Of a DNA stretch of 64,000 bases, positions 1 through 12,300 are shown in pieces (the stretch's first letter is position 1; every line of letters begins with the position of its first letter). A program made the translations under genes and the position numbers. The DNA is from Carpediemonas membranifera BICM. Lineage: Eukaryota; Protista; Fornicata. The stretch spans positions 248,001 to 312,000 of the forward strand of contig JAHDYR010000008.1 in the NCBI GenBank assembly GCA_019828565.1, written 5' to 3'. The notes beneath the pieces were generated by a model. The model was not told where the DNA came from and searched no databases. It was given only the letters and a program-made list of their open reading frames with translations.

Positions 1-1842
1 GATCTCTCTGAAGGAATCATCGTTTCGTCGAACTCCCACTACACCACCGGCGAGTTCGACCAAATCTCGAATGCTGGCTGGCCCCGCGTCTTCCTCAACG
101 GAACGTCTACCACCCTTGACATCGAGCCTGTGGAGGGCCAGGAGTTCGGCCGGGCCGTCGCCGCGCATGGCACGCATGTGGGGTACACCGACGCCTTCGG
201 GGCAGTTCATCTGCTTGAACCCGTTGGGGCCACTGAATTCGCCACGTTCGCCGACCTATACATCACTGACACTGGTTACACCCCTCTCGACGGCTACGGC
301 ACTGCCCTCGCCATTGCACCGCTCAATATCGCTGTCGGTTCGAGCATGGAGGGCCATGGCACTCTCCACGTCGTCTCTAGGTCATGCCCTGCCGGCCAGT
401 ACGCTACCAGCTGGCACTCCTGCGCTGACTGCGCTGCTGGGTCTTATTCTGCCACTCCGGGCCACCGCGAGTGCGTCGCATCACCGCTCGGCTCCATTGT
501 AGCGACCGACGGGCAGGCCACCCCCGCGCCATGCGACGGGGGACGCCTTACCACCGAAACCGGCCAGACTGTATGCCAGAACTGCCCCGCGGGCTTCACA
601 AACGACGCGAACGGCGAAGGCCACTCGAGCTGCCTTTCCACGTTCGTTGACTCGACGACTCCGATTTCAATATTCGGCCGCAGCGACGCGATCGCCACAG
701 TTTCCGTGAACTCCATCAACTGCCTCCACACCGACGCTGAAGATCCTCTGAGATTCATCCCACTGATCCACTCCCCGGCCGCCGAGCGGGGCGTGATTGA
801 CCCGGGAGACTATACTGTGCGGGTGGGGTACGTCGACGGGACGGCTGAGAGTACCACGCTGACGATCCCACCGGACTTTGTCACGCCAGAGACGACTGTC
901 ACTGTCTACGGGACCACTGCACAGTCGGTGATGGCTTCCACTATTTGCCCCATCTACCTGCGGTTCGGTGCAATGGGACCTGTTCAGTTCGATAGGATTG
1001 AGCTTGATTCGACTCCGGCGCGGTGCACAGCGAACGTTACCCTCACCGCTGCCGATATCAATCAGTACTTCAACCCGACGCTGACTGAAGAAGACGGTGA
1101 GTATTGCCTTAGGCTGACAGAGCTTGTCCTCGCCGACACAGAGGCGTTCAGTATTATCATCGACGACGAGGTGCAGACTCTTGTGCTCAGAGACAACGCT
1201 ATCTGCACCAACCGGTCGACCGCTGCTACCACCGCCGTCTCGACCCAGGCATACCTCAGCGCCGACACCCGGACAATCATTGCACTATTCGACGGCGACG
1301 AGCTCCACTCCCGCTCGGAGACGTACAACGCCGTGAGTGCCCTCTACGCGGTCGTGCCCGTTGTAACCGTCGTATCGGGCGCCATGCTGAGCGTCCTATG
1401 CTGTGCCACATGCCTTGTCGCCGTTGCGGGCGCAGTTGTTGCTTTCGAGGGCAGCTCGCTGATCTACAACAGGAAACGCACACGACGGGAGCCCAAGCCT
1501 GAACTTCTCGGCAGTCCGTCGGTCACACCCATCGAGACGCTGCCCCCGCTTCCATTGGCCCGTAACACCGTGCAGCAGGTGGGCAGTGTGACCCTCAACG
1601 TCCCCACCAGCGCCAAGACCCCTCTACTGCCGACGATACGCTCGCCGCCAGGCCTCCCTCCCATCTCTGGGACAGTTGACCGCCCGAGACCGGTGCTGCA
1701 CCCCATTGGTACCCCCTCTGGCGGCCTTACCCCCGCCCTTGGTAGGTCTGGCCTGCCACCGATTGTTGGACCTCGACCTGGAGTGAAGGTCATGCCGGGG
1801 GGCCTCTCGCCGCTGAAACTGCCGAGCCCTCCAAAACAGTAA
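1..1842 (+). CDS. Type I membrane protein with Cys-rich GCC2/GCC3 (ephrin-receptor-like) repeats, TM helix and Pro-rich tail; 5' end outside the window
   Basis: The frame is open from base 1. It contains CPAGQY..CADCAAGSYS..CQNCPAGF repeats, a hydrophobic stretch (VVPVVTVVSGAMLSVLCC..VAVAGAVV) followed by RKRTRR, and ends at TAA 1840-1842. Confidence 0.75.
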   Translation, partial: DLSEGIIVSSNSHYTTGEFDQISNAGWPRVFLNGTSTTLDIEPVEGQEFGRAVAAHGTHVGYTDAFGAVHLLEPVGATEFATFADLYITDTGYTPLDGYGTALAIAPLNIAVGSSMEGHGTLHVVSRSCPAGQYATSWHSCADCAAGSYSATPGHRECVASPLGSIVATDGQATPAPCDGGRLTTETGQTVCQNCPAGFTNDANGEGHSSCLSTFVDSTTPISIFGRSDAIATVSVNSINCLHTDAEDPLRFIPLIHSPAAERGVIDPGDYTVRVGYVDGTAESTTLTIPPDFVTPETTVTVYGTTAQSVMASTICPIYLRFGAMGPVQFDRIELDSTPARCTANVTLTAADINQYFNPTLTEEDGEYCLRLTELVLADTEAFSIIIDDEVQTLVLRDNAICTNRSTAATTAVSTQAYLSADTRTIIALFDGDELHSRSETYNAVSALYAVVPVVTVVSGAMLSVLCCATCLVAVAGAVVAFEGSSLIYNRKRTRREPKPELLGSPSVTPIETLPPLPLARNTVQQVGSVTLNVPTSAKTPLLPTIRSPPGLPPISGTVDRPRPVLHPIGTPSGGLTPALGRSGLPPIVGPRPGVKVMPGGLSPLKLPSPPKQ

Positions 1843-1852
1843 ATTTTATGAT

Positions 1853-2338
1853 GTGTTGATCGAATATAGGACGTTCAAGGACTTCCTCAAGGACCAGCGC
1901 TGCCTGGTGTGCGGGTCCAACGAGCAGCAGCACGTCTACCCGCTGCCGGACGCCGTACTCAGCAGCCCCGTGGAGCTCGGGTTCAAGGTCATCGCGGCGT
2001 ACCAGCACCCCAAGTACAGCGACGGGTCCTGGATCGGCATGTGCTATTTCTCTGAGGACCGCACCTTCACTCCGGTCGGGTCCCAGCATACAAGTAGGGT
2101 GCAGCTTAAGCCGTGTGAGTACGCGGGGTGGGTGGAGCTCGCGCTGAGGGATGAGTTCGACTGTATCGAGTTCACAGACGTCGGCCTCTGTATCGTGTTC
2201 AAGGACACCGACGACAAGGGGCAGGGGTTGAAGTGGGTGCCTTCCCGAGACGCCCCGCGGCATGTGAAGAGCCTGGTGCTGTCTGGCCGGCTTATTGTCG
2301 CCGAGGGCTACTCCGAGACGGCGGGGTTGAGTGTGTAG
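1853..2338 (+). pseudogene. 5'-truncated gene fragment, possibly a divergent RCC1/BLIP-II-like family member
   Basis: It has coding-like composition but no in-frame ATG at the start. CLVCGSN..SSPVELGFKV resembles an RCC1 blade. It is followed by the same 17-nt 3' motif as the gene ending at 7404. Confidence 0.4.
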
Positions 2339-2673
2339 CATAGTATATCTCTCTGTACATTTCTTCGTAAATAGCACGCTGTTGCGTTGGGAGGTCTGGC
2401 GCGAGGCGCAGCTGAGTGGACTCCCAACTCGGGCGGGGCAGCAGAGAGAGCCACTGCTGAGGCTGGGGTCCGGCTGCGTGGCCCGACAAGCCTCTGTTAC
2501 CCTCAGCGAGGTCAAACAGAGTTGACTTTGTCGAGTCGCTTCGAGACAAAATGGCGCGACGGTGCCCAAGGTTCGCGGTTTCCAGCGATTCTCACACAGA
2601 TGGTACGACACAGCCAAAGCAGCATCAAAATTCACTCACACAGCACAACTGACGCGATTGATCCGCCTCTTCA

Positions 2674-5600
2674 ATGATTACACAGCCTATGGTACGTATC
2701 GAAGCCACATTCTCACGCAGCGCCGACTGTAGAGCAATTGACGCTCATATACGCACCGCAAGCTCCGAGCAGCCTGGTTCCGATGGCATCCAGATCAGCA
2801 AGCGAGGTGAGACGCCGATCACCATCCAGGACCTAGAGAAGGTCATCCAGGTCCATATAAGCAGGAGGATAGAACCCAAGGAGCTGAAAATGGTGCTCAA
2901 TGAGCCCGCTGTTACCGTCACGATGGTGGATGGCAGACTCAAGGCCGACCATGAGAACAGGGTTGAGCTCGCGCTCGAAGCATGGAACACGCAGCCAATC
3001 ATAGATGGGGATGATGGTGTGTGCATTAGGACACTGGATGGAGACGGCGCCGTTTATGGTGTCGCCACCTCCCCTGACGGTGAAATCTTCACTACATCAG
3101 GACATCATGATCTGCCACGTGGACGTCAACGTGGCGGCGCCTTTAGGCAGTGGGACTCGGCCACTGGTCAGTGTACATTGGACATTGAACATGATGATAA
3201 GATGTTATGCATCGCCGTGTCGCCGGACGGGTCAACCATCGCCTATGGTAGCCATGATAATATCATCCATCTCTGGGACGCCACAGGCCGGGTGAAAAAG
3301 AAACTTATAGGGCACACTGATGCTATGTGTCGCCTTGCATTCTCGAATGATGGTTGTACCCTGGTCTCCGGATCGTATGATGATTCCATCGAGGTCTGGG
3401 ACGTCGATACTGGGACGAGCAGGCTGAAACTTACAGAACATGGCAATATTGTGTATGGCGTGGCCATCTCCCCGGATGGCTCGGCCATTTATTCTGCCAG
3501 TGAGGACCGCACCATCAAGAAGTGGAGCTCCGACACTGGCGAATGCGTCAGAACCATGAACCATGACCAGCCTGTCCATAGTATTGCCGTGTCACCTGAT
3601 GGTGCTATCATCGCATTTGGCAGCAAATGTGGCACCATCCATTTCTGGGACTCCGAAAATGGCCAGCGGGCTCAGACCCTTGATCGGCACTTCGCTATTG
3701 TGTGGAGCCTCGACTTCTCCCCCGACGGCAGGACTCTGGTGTCTGGGTCTGCAGACGGCACCATCAAGCAGTGGGATGTCGCGACCGGGGCACTGATTAG
3801 GACGTTCTCGGGCCATGAGATGGTGGTATGGGCCGTCGCGTTCTCCCGAGACGGCACAACCATCGTGTCTGGATCAGATGATAGAACTGCCAAGGTCTGG
3901 AGCACACTCCCCCGCACCCCCCAGTTCCTGGCCACCGTCAACCAGCTCTGCTCCAGCCCAGTCGCCCCCGATGCCGACATCACCATCGACCCTGGCGACT
4001 CAGTGGCACTCCCCTGCGACCTCGCTCGCATCCTCCTCCACTTCCTCGCCACTGGTCTGCCCCGCTCCTTTACGATGACGCTGACCCGCCCCGTCGCCAG
4101 GGTCGAGCTGGACGAGAACAATTTCATCAAGACAGACTCTGAGGACGCCGAGCTTGTTACGTCCATCAAGCTTTTTAATGCAGACAGATGCGACCAGATT
4201 ATTGCCGACTACTTCCTCTCGGCCGCCTCGGACGTTTTCCTGATCGACGCCACTGTTGACCAGCTGAGGCAGGTCGTGACTCACGTGGCATCGCACGCAG
4301 TGCCGAGCAGCTTGACTGTCACCACCGCCGACCCAGCCACAACCGTCACTCTGACCGATGGCCTGTTCAGCGCCGACCGGCATGCCCTCGAGGTCGACGC
4401 GATCCTTTCTGAAGCCAACTGCCACATGCTTCTGAGAGCCATTGCCGAGCAGGAGCAGAACATGGCGATGCTCAGAGCTGAGCTTACAACAGTGAAGACC
4501 GAAAGCACTGCGCAGATCAGTATGCTCAGTGCTGAGCTCGCCGACCTGAAGGCGACCCTGGCCTCGTTCTGCGCCTCGCCCCAAACCTGCCCGTTCACTG
4601 AAGCCAACCGAGCCTCAGGCATCAGTTACTTGAAGGCCACCCCCTGCTCTCGGCCGCCATCCCGACCCACGATGGCGTTGGCCACATCCCGTCGCCCGCT
4701 GGTCTCATCGGCCGACTCGGCCATGCCAGACGCCAGCCAGAGACCCGAATCGCCGAGTACGAGGCGGTCATCGCCCAGGCCAGGGCCGGGGTCGAGGCGA
4801 TCAAAATGAGAATCACAGCTCTCAACGCTTCCTATCAGGCGGCCTCGGCGATCGTCAAAAGCGCCACCAACTTCGAGCCAGAGTCTCTTCCCTCGCTCGA
4901 TGAGATGTCCCGCGTGCTCGAGGCTGCTGACCTCGAGGTTGTCGACTTCCCTACCCTCGCGCCCGAGCTGCAGGCCAGATACGCCACGCTCCGCGCCTTC
5001 CTCCATCCGACCGTCCGCGAGACGTGGGAGTGGGCCCAAAGTCAGATAGGGCTTGGCGATGATACGAGCGCTGAGGAGCGCACCATTCGCGAGTTGACTG
5101 GTCTGGTCGCCGAGGCTGAGGTCCACGTGGTTGGGTTCGACAAGGCCGACGACATCACTGAGGAGGTTCTGACAATGGGCGACTACCAGCACCTGAAGAG
5201 CTCGATCGCCAACCTCGAACAGACAATTCATATGTTCTGCAGTCAACGTCGTAAGATGGGTGTAGCCTTTCTGGCACCAGCGATTGACGATGCGCAGGGG
5301 GAGCTCAGAAGAAATTGCGACACGCTCGCTGCTATGAACGCCTTCCTGGCCCGCCGCACGCCGCAGCTTGTCCAGCTCTGCCCCGAGCTTGAGGCCCTCA
5401 CCGCGCCATCTGCCAGCACCCTCGCCGAGTTGCGCGAAATGGGGCTGGCTCACTTCATGGACCTCTCCGAGATTCACGCCGGCCTGTCGCTGTCCGACTT
5501 CACCGTCGAGTCAACCGTCAGCGAGAACAGAGCGCTGTGCCAGAACGTGACCCGCGACGGCCAGACATTCTTCGCCAAGACCTTCAAGCTCGACAGCGCG

Positions 5601-7404
5601 CACCAGCGCAAGCTCTGCGACCGCGAGGCGGGCATCCTGTCGCGCATGGCGCACAGCCCCGCCGTGCCCAGGCTGCACTTCGTCCTCCTCGACCTCTCTG
5701 ATCCTGAGAGGAAGACCGGCACGATCGTCATGGAGCGCCTCGAGAGCCACCTGCGCGACGCCCCAGCCGACTCGCCCGACACTCAGCGCAGACTGCTCCA
5801 TGGCCTGCTCACCGCGATCCACGACCTGCACAGCGCGGGCGTCTGTCACTGCGACATCAAACCCGAGAACGTCATGCTGTGCGAGGGCCACCCCGTGCTC
5901 GTCGACTTCGAGACAGCCTCGAACATGGATGGCGGGAACGCGACGTTGACCAAAGGCTACAAACCATTCAGTGCGCCCGAGGAGATCGCCGCGCCCTGGC
6001 CGGCGGCCACTTCTCCGCATCGCCCAACGATGACTACCTCAACGCGGTGAGCAACCGCCTCTTGATGGTCTCCTCATTTGTTGACAACGTCGACCGTGCC
6101 CGCGTGCAGATGTTCAACGAAGTCCCCGTGGACATCATCCTTCATGACAACATCGCCACCAGCGTCGCCAACATCGGGGCGTGCGAGGAGGACCTGTTCG
6201 CCATCCCCGCGACACTGTGGGGCATCGACTCCGCAGTGGCCCTGCCTGACCTGATCGCCGAGCTGCCACACGTGACCGTCCGTCAGGCCATCGGGGACAT
6301 GGAGTTCGCTGTGCCCATCTTCCGCGAGGGTACGTTCGTCTTCACGCCCGACGCCCTCGACATACCGCTCGACGACCTGCGCCCGGTCCTTCTGGGGCTC
6401 GGCCGCGTGCTGCAGCTCATGCTGCATGACGGCATCACCCTGTCCGCGGACATGGTCAGCGACGCCTGGCTCGTCGCGCTCACTGGCGGCCACATTGACC
6501 TTGCCGCGCTGATGCCCATCGTCGATAAGGCGCTTCGGTTGACCAGGCAAGTGCGGCGTGCCCGATTGACGGATTCAGAGGCGACCTCAATGCATACGGC
6601 GACGAGATCCGGCGGCGGTTCTCGAATCGCATGCAGATCATCCGCAACGGCATGACTACGAAGACGCAGTTCCAGGCGAGTGTCGCTGCGTTGACCCCCG
6701 CCCAGCTGCGGACCCTGCTCGTGCGCCCCAACCCGCTCACGGTCGAAGCTGTCATGAAAGTGCTGCGCTTCCCCAAGGATAGCCAGGACGCGGAGGGCGT
6801 CATGCGCGCCCTCCGCGCCGTGCTCGAGGACGATGAGGCCCGCCGCCGCTTCACCTTCCACATGTTCGGCTGCCAGCTCCCCAAGCCCGACTCCGTGACC
6901 CTCCACGAGCACCACGGCGTGTACGCCGACTACGAGGGCGGCGTCCACCTCCCTCGTCTGGAGGACACTGGTCGGATGCGCCAGGTGGTTTTCGACTCGG
7001 CCCCTGCAACAGCAGGCTCGGCAGCCGACTTCTACGTCATTCCGCGGCGCCACAAGGCATACTCGCGCGCCGAGATCAGGACGCTCGTCGGGCATGATGA
7101 CGTTCTGCTCGAGGGAATTGCCATGCAGCGCACCGTCACGTGCCCCCACTGCCATCGGTCGGCCATGGTCAGCGCGAACCGGAGGCGGGTCACGTGCTGC
7201 TGGTGCGGCCGGCCCTTTGATGACACAGCAGAGTAGGCAGGACCGATTCATCTCTACCGCATGGCATGGAGAGCTTCCAGTCAAGACCGATTTACGTACT
7301 ATACATATGACTTCAGCGGGGCTCGGCCCTTGGTGGCGACGTTGATGTCGCGCTACACCCAGCATCCTGTGCTTCCCGAGACCATCCGCGCGCTCCCCGA
7401 ATAA
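2674..7404 (+). pseudogene. Disrupted multidomain gene: WD40 propeller, repeated novel module, coiled coil, Ser/Thr kinase (truncated), HECT-like domain, C4 Zn ribbon
   Basis: Four overlapping ORFs (2674-4809, 4806-6050, 5879-6655, 6631-7236) are joined by frameshifts. Motifs: WD40 repeats (GH..SGS.D.TIK.WD); kinase AK..E..HCDIKPENVML..DFE..APE; HECT-like LLGLGRVLQLMLHDG and LTPAQLRTLL..RRRFTFHMFG..LP; CPHC..CCWC. After TAG 7234-7236 the frame stays open to TAA 7402-7404. Confidence 0.7.
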
Positions 7405-7647
7405 TCTCTCTGTACATTTCCATGTGTAAATGTGATGGCGTTGGCGACGGTGGTTTGATCTGGGTCAACCAGGCGGCACAGCCGGAGCGCAACTGGGTTA
7501 AACAGGTCCTTTACCTCGAGAAGTCAAAAGAGTGACACATTATGATCACAATGCAACAAGGCCTCACGGGCGACTTTGACCCCGCTTGACCAGTCGACCA
7601 GACAAGCTGAACTTTTTCGAACAGCGAATTTCGACGAACCAACAAAG

Positions 7648-9273
7648 ATGGTGAGCAATGCAACGCCTGAAGTTGATGTTAGGACTTCCTTGATGGCGGC
7701 AATTCGCGCTTCCATCGCCATTGCGGCCGACATACCCGGAGACGTCCCGTCCCTTCTTGCTCATGCTTACTCCAAGCACTTTGGCAGGAGCATTCCCTCT
7801 ACAAGGAATCGTAAGCGTAAGAAGACGCCGGCCGTCGAGGTGCCGCAGTCCGAGATCGAATCTCTCCTTGCAATGCTCAGGGCCATTCCCCCTCTCGAAC
7901 CAAACGCTCAACGCCTCCTCGACCGCGCCCGCTCGATCCTCACAGACGGCCCCCAGCTCTCCATGAACGTCGAGCTCGTGGAAGGGCAGGAGCTGCCAAC
8001 CGCCATGCACACCCTGCTACAAGGCACGCTGTGGGCCTGCATAACAGCTTCAGCAACGCCCTTCGCCTTCCTCGGCAATCCAGACCACAACAACGTGACC
8101 TACATCCCAGACATCGACCAAGAGAGCCGTTGTGTCCGATTCCTCTGCAAGAAGTTCTTCTTCACGACGGAAGTGGCCAACAAAGACGGGGGCCAGGTGA
8201 AGTTTCACAACGATTCATTCGGCAATCTGGAAGCTCACCGCTTGTACGACGGACATCTGTTTGTTCTTGATCGTAAGACCGAGGGAGAGGCGTCTGTGAC
8301 CCGACTACGCATTCCACGGGCTTTTAACGTCTTCTCCTCGGGTGTGACCCACGTTGCTCAGACTGTGGCTGGGCTGTGGGGTTGGGGCGATAACACAGAG
8401 GGCCACCTCGGCTTCCAAGGCGAGGCTCAGCACCCAACCCGCCTCACCTTCCCAGCCTGCCCCAAGGTCGATGAGCTCGAGGCCAGTCTGCCCGCCTGGC
8501 ATAAGCACGAGCTTGTCCTCAGCATGAAGCTACACCTAGCGCACACGGTCATCCACACCGCAGCTGGACTCGTTGCTTCAGGCGATGGAGTCCACCCATT
8601 CTTGAGGAACTCAGCTGACTCAGATCTCAGGCAGTTTAAGCCGGTGCCCCTGCCCGACGGACTCTTGCCGCTGCACGCGATACATGACGACTATGTAATG
8701 ATTATCTCCAGCAGAAAGAAGCAGGCTATTTGTGGACTCAACACATGCGGCGAGTTGGGTCTCGGCCACGCCAACACGCTGAGCAAGTTCGAGGACCTTC
8801 CCTTTCACGTGGACGCGCTCCTAACGTGCGATTTCAAGTACAATGTTTTCCTCAGTGGCGGCCAGGTCCTCTTTGCTGGCCGAGTCCCACAGGTGATCGC
8901 CCAGTCGGGTCTGCTGCCCGGTTACAAGGCCCATAACGTCTGCTTCACACCCACCCCGCTCCAGCTGCCGGAGAATGTGAAGGGCTGGTGCCAGCACGGC
9001 GTGCTTCTGTTGTGGACAACCGAGGAGGAGACTGTCTTTCAGGAGCAGTTTGGGACTCGGACCACGCTCCCCTTCGAGGTTACAGCTGTTATTGGTGACA
9101 ACTCCGCCAGCCTGTTCCGTGACACCGAGGGCGAGTGGTTCACGATCGTATCCGTCTCAGAGCGGGGCGAGGCCCGAGTCAAGCCGTTCGGTAAGTTTAT
9201 TCCGGGTCTACTTGGAAACCTTAATGCGCTCGACTACCCCGTTATTCAGCTGGGCGCGTGGCGGGCGGATTAA
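7648..9273 (+). CDS. RCC1/BLIP-II-like beta-propeller protein of a lineage-specific family
   Basis: GLWGWGDNTEGHLG and ICGLNTCGELGLG match the RCC1 blade motif. The first ATG is at 7648. Confidence 0.6.
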   Translation: MVSNATPEVDVRTSLMAAIRASIAIAADIPGDVPSLLAHAYSKHFGRSIPSTRNRKRKKTPAVEVPQSEIESLLAMLRAIPPLEPNAQRLLDRARSILTDGPQLSMNVELVEGQELPTAMHTLLQGTLWACITASATPFAFLGNPDHNNVTYIPDIDQESRCVRFLCKKFFFTTEVANKDGGQVKFHNDSFGNLEAHRLYDGHLFVLDRKTEGEASVTRLRIPRAFNVFSSGVTHVAQTVAGLWGWGDNTEGHLGFQGEAQHPTRLTFPACPKVDELEASLPAWHKHELVLSMKLHLAHTVIHTAAGLVASGDGVHPFLRNSADSDLRQFKPVPLPDGLLPLHAIHDDYVMIISSRKKQAICGLNTCGELGLGHANTLSKFEDLPFHVDALLTCDFKYNVFLSGGQVLFAGRVPQVIAQSGLLPGYKAHNVCFTPTPLQLPENVKGWCQHGVLLLWTTEEETVFQEQFGTRTTLPFEVTAVIGDNSASLFRDTEGEWFTIVSVSERGEARVKPFGKFIPGLLGNLNALDYPVIQLGAWRAD

Positions 9274-9314
9274 ATTAGTTATTTTGACCAAGCTGTCGCT
9301 GCATTTATCGGAGA

Positions 9315-12300
9315 TCACTGGAACAAGTAGTCTGCAGCATTCTCCTCGACCTCGGCCTCCTTCTTCTTTCCCAGGCCCGTCCGCCACATGTCATCACGCC
9401 GCATCAACCCAGGCAGCGGCAACTTATCGGTGGAAAGCTCTGGATTGACTCGTGGGGGCGGGTTGGGTTTGGGTCCGCTGAGACGCCCACGGCCAGGGCC
9501 GGACATCTGGCTCTTTTCACTCGCATGGCGGGCCCAAGGGTTGCTTGCTGAAGGACGCCGGGAGCCAAGACGGAGCTCGATCGTTTGCTTGGTCATTGTC
9601 GACGTCGGCGGTGGTGGGATCGGCTTCTTGGGCTTCTGAGCAGTCTCCCGCATGATCCGGGCCGTCTGATCATCAATTGATGAAGTCTCATCGGCACTAA
9701 GCTGCTCTACCGGGAACTCGATCTTGGGGAGAGATGACACCTTGTCCTCGTCAGCACACTGGTCCAGTGGTTCGGGCATACCGTCCAACAGGTCCTCGGA
9801 CTCCTCTTCTGGCTCTGACTCGAAGTCGGAGTCGAAAGCGTCCGTCTCTAACCCCCACTGGTGAGGCCGGACAAAGAACTGAATCTGGTCGATCGCCGCA
9901 GCCAGGAAGGCGGCTGTGCGTGCTGGTACAATGCCCTTGCTGCATGATGTGATCTCTCCAACGTGCGAGAACGCGTCAAGCTGAAGCGCGAGCTGTCGCA
10001 AGACCATCCCATGACTCGCCGCAGAGTCGATCAATGCATTAAACTGCCCTTTGAGATACTGTGCCGGAATATTCTTCATCTTTCTGCAAATGACAGCCTC
10101 GAACACGGATGCGTCGACTTCAGTCTGGCCTGTTGCGGAGAGCTGGTGGATAATAAGCTTATGGTAAATGGCCGACCGCTCCGTAAATCTGCTGCTGACA
10201 ACACCCATTACACCAGCAGCGATGGCCTCTCTCAACACAGAGTGAGTCTGTGCTGGGGACACAAGTCCGAGACGTTGCACTGCCTCCCGAAGGGGGTGAC
10301 GGAAGACTGTGGCCAGACCACTATGCATGGTCTTGCCAACAACTGACATAAACCGTTCCAGGAGCTCACGGGGTGGGTAAGCATCGATGAGCTCTTCCAG
10401 TCGGCCCACTGCGCGGTGGAACAGCCACACTGCTGGGGCCTGTAGAATGCCCTGGATCAACACGCTCTCGTAAAACTGGGCCAGGGGCGAGTGGCGGTTA
10501 GCGGCGAGGAGTACTGCGATTCTATACCCGGCAGCGGGTGCCAGAGGGCCGTAGTTGGCCTTAAGGTGCGCCACCCAGCGCTCCTGCATGGCGATCGGGT
10601 TGGCGGGATCCGTCGGAAGCCAGAGCACCGGCCGCTTGAACGGCAGTCCAGTCATGCCTGCCGTCCGAGCCGCCTCAGCCTTAGCGACAGCCGACGACCA
10701 CGTCCATAGCATCCCCATCGCCTGATCAAGCCTGACGTCGGATAGTGCGTTGGGCGGGGCAACAAGACCGAAATGGACTAATATCGCGTGTGCCAGGGGC
10801 GGAGTGTGATCATGTTCCGGCACTCCGGCAGGGAGAGAAAGGCGAGAGGCGGCCTCGCGGGAGAACACCGCGTAGTCCTTGAGGAAGGTCGTAGGATGAG
10901 ACAGACGGACGGCACGGACTCCAGGCTCGATGGGGATGGTGTAGTCGACCAACGAGTGGGGGCACGCGGCGCCGTGGTGCTCCTCGAGGCCGAGGCAGAA
11001 TCTCAGCGTCGTCATGGGCGTCACTCCAGCTGATGACTCCGCCGAGACCTTGATCTCGACGAAGCCGTCGTTAGGGGCGGCGAAATCGCTTTTCTTCCGC
11101 TCAATCTCAATCTTTCGAATCTGATCTTCTGTATCCTGCAGTCGTGATTTGAGCCCATCAATCAGTTTCACCATTCGACTCCCGCCGGCACCCGTCTGAT
11201 CGACAGCCACAGCCACGTCCAGCGCGTTATCGAGCGTGAGTGTCGACCCGATGCTTTGCCTCCACACGTGCCGCAGTGCTGGGTCCTCCAGAGCCTCACT
11301 CAGTGATTTGACGAGTTCATCCCTCATCTCCCTGAGCTCAAGCAGCCTGATGTCCGCGGCGTCGTTGACCTGCAGCATCCTAGTGGTCGGAGCATCGGCC
11401 TCCGCGGACCCCTGTATAAACCTGGTCTGGTCTCGTAGGAGCTCCTCCATCTGCCTCGTCCTGTCCTCCGCGGCCTCAAGGTCGAGCTTAAGCTGCGAAT
11501 TCAGTGCCATGGTTCTCTGAACCGCCCCCTGGTCCTGTAGGGCGGCTGAGAGGGCGCGGTTCTCCTTCTTGAGGGCGTCAAGCTCTAGTCTGAGCTCTCT
11601 GCGGTCTGAGACGAGCATATCGACAACGGCGTTGTGCTCTTCTTCGGCTGCATCAACTTGCTTTGCCAGTCTCTCCTTGTCCTTCAATAACTCCCGATTG
11701 GACCACCCCAGCGCCTTGATGCGGTCCTCCACAGTGCTCTGGCCCTCAGTGATATCAGTCAGCTCACGCTGCAGCTCTCCCGTGCGGCGCTGCTCCTTCT
11801 CGTACTTAGCCTCGAGCTCCATGAAGTCGTGGTGGAGCGTTTCGTATCGGTTGGCCCGGCGTTCGCTCTCCTCAAACCACGTGCGGCTGACTACACCCTC
11901 GAAAGCGAAAGTCCCACTCTGAGAGGCGGCATGATGCAAGGACGCCGCCGACCCGACCTTCTTTGAGTCCAAATGCACCGTCAGGCCCTCCGCTGGGGTG
12001 CCGTCGGTGTAAAGGCAGGTCATGAGGGCGTTGATAATGTCGTGAACTACCAGCTTGTGGGAAGGGGGGAGGGCATCGCCGAAGGACTGCAAAACATTCA
12101 AGACATTCATCGTTCGCTCGGGAATGGGCGTGTATACATCGCATTTCTCCCCAATCTGTGTTGCTAATTGAGCTGCAAGGCGCGGTTTCAGCATGGCGGC
12201 GCCGTCTTCTGCCATCTTGGCGCTGTGTGTTCTCATCCGCGGCGGAGAGCGAATTGGCGCATGTCCCGATGAATGGAAGAGTGGAAACTTGTGTATCGGC

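Noticed and set aside
7234-7236. TAG/TAA read as Gln (hexamitid code) or stop readthrough
   Set aside because: TAA and TAG end conserved genes here at the expected positions (GAPDH, PPDK, GPI), so the code is standard.
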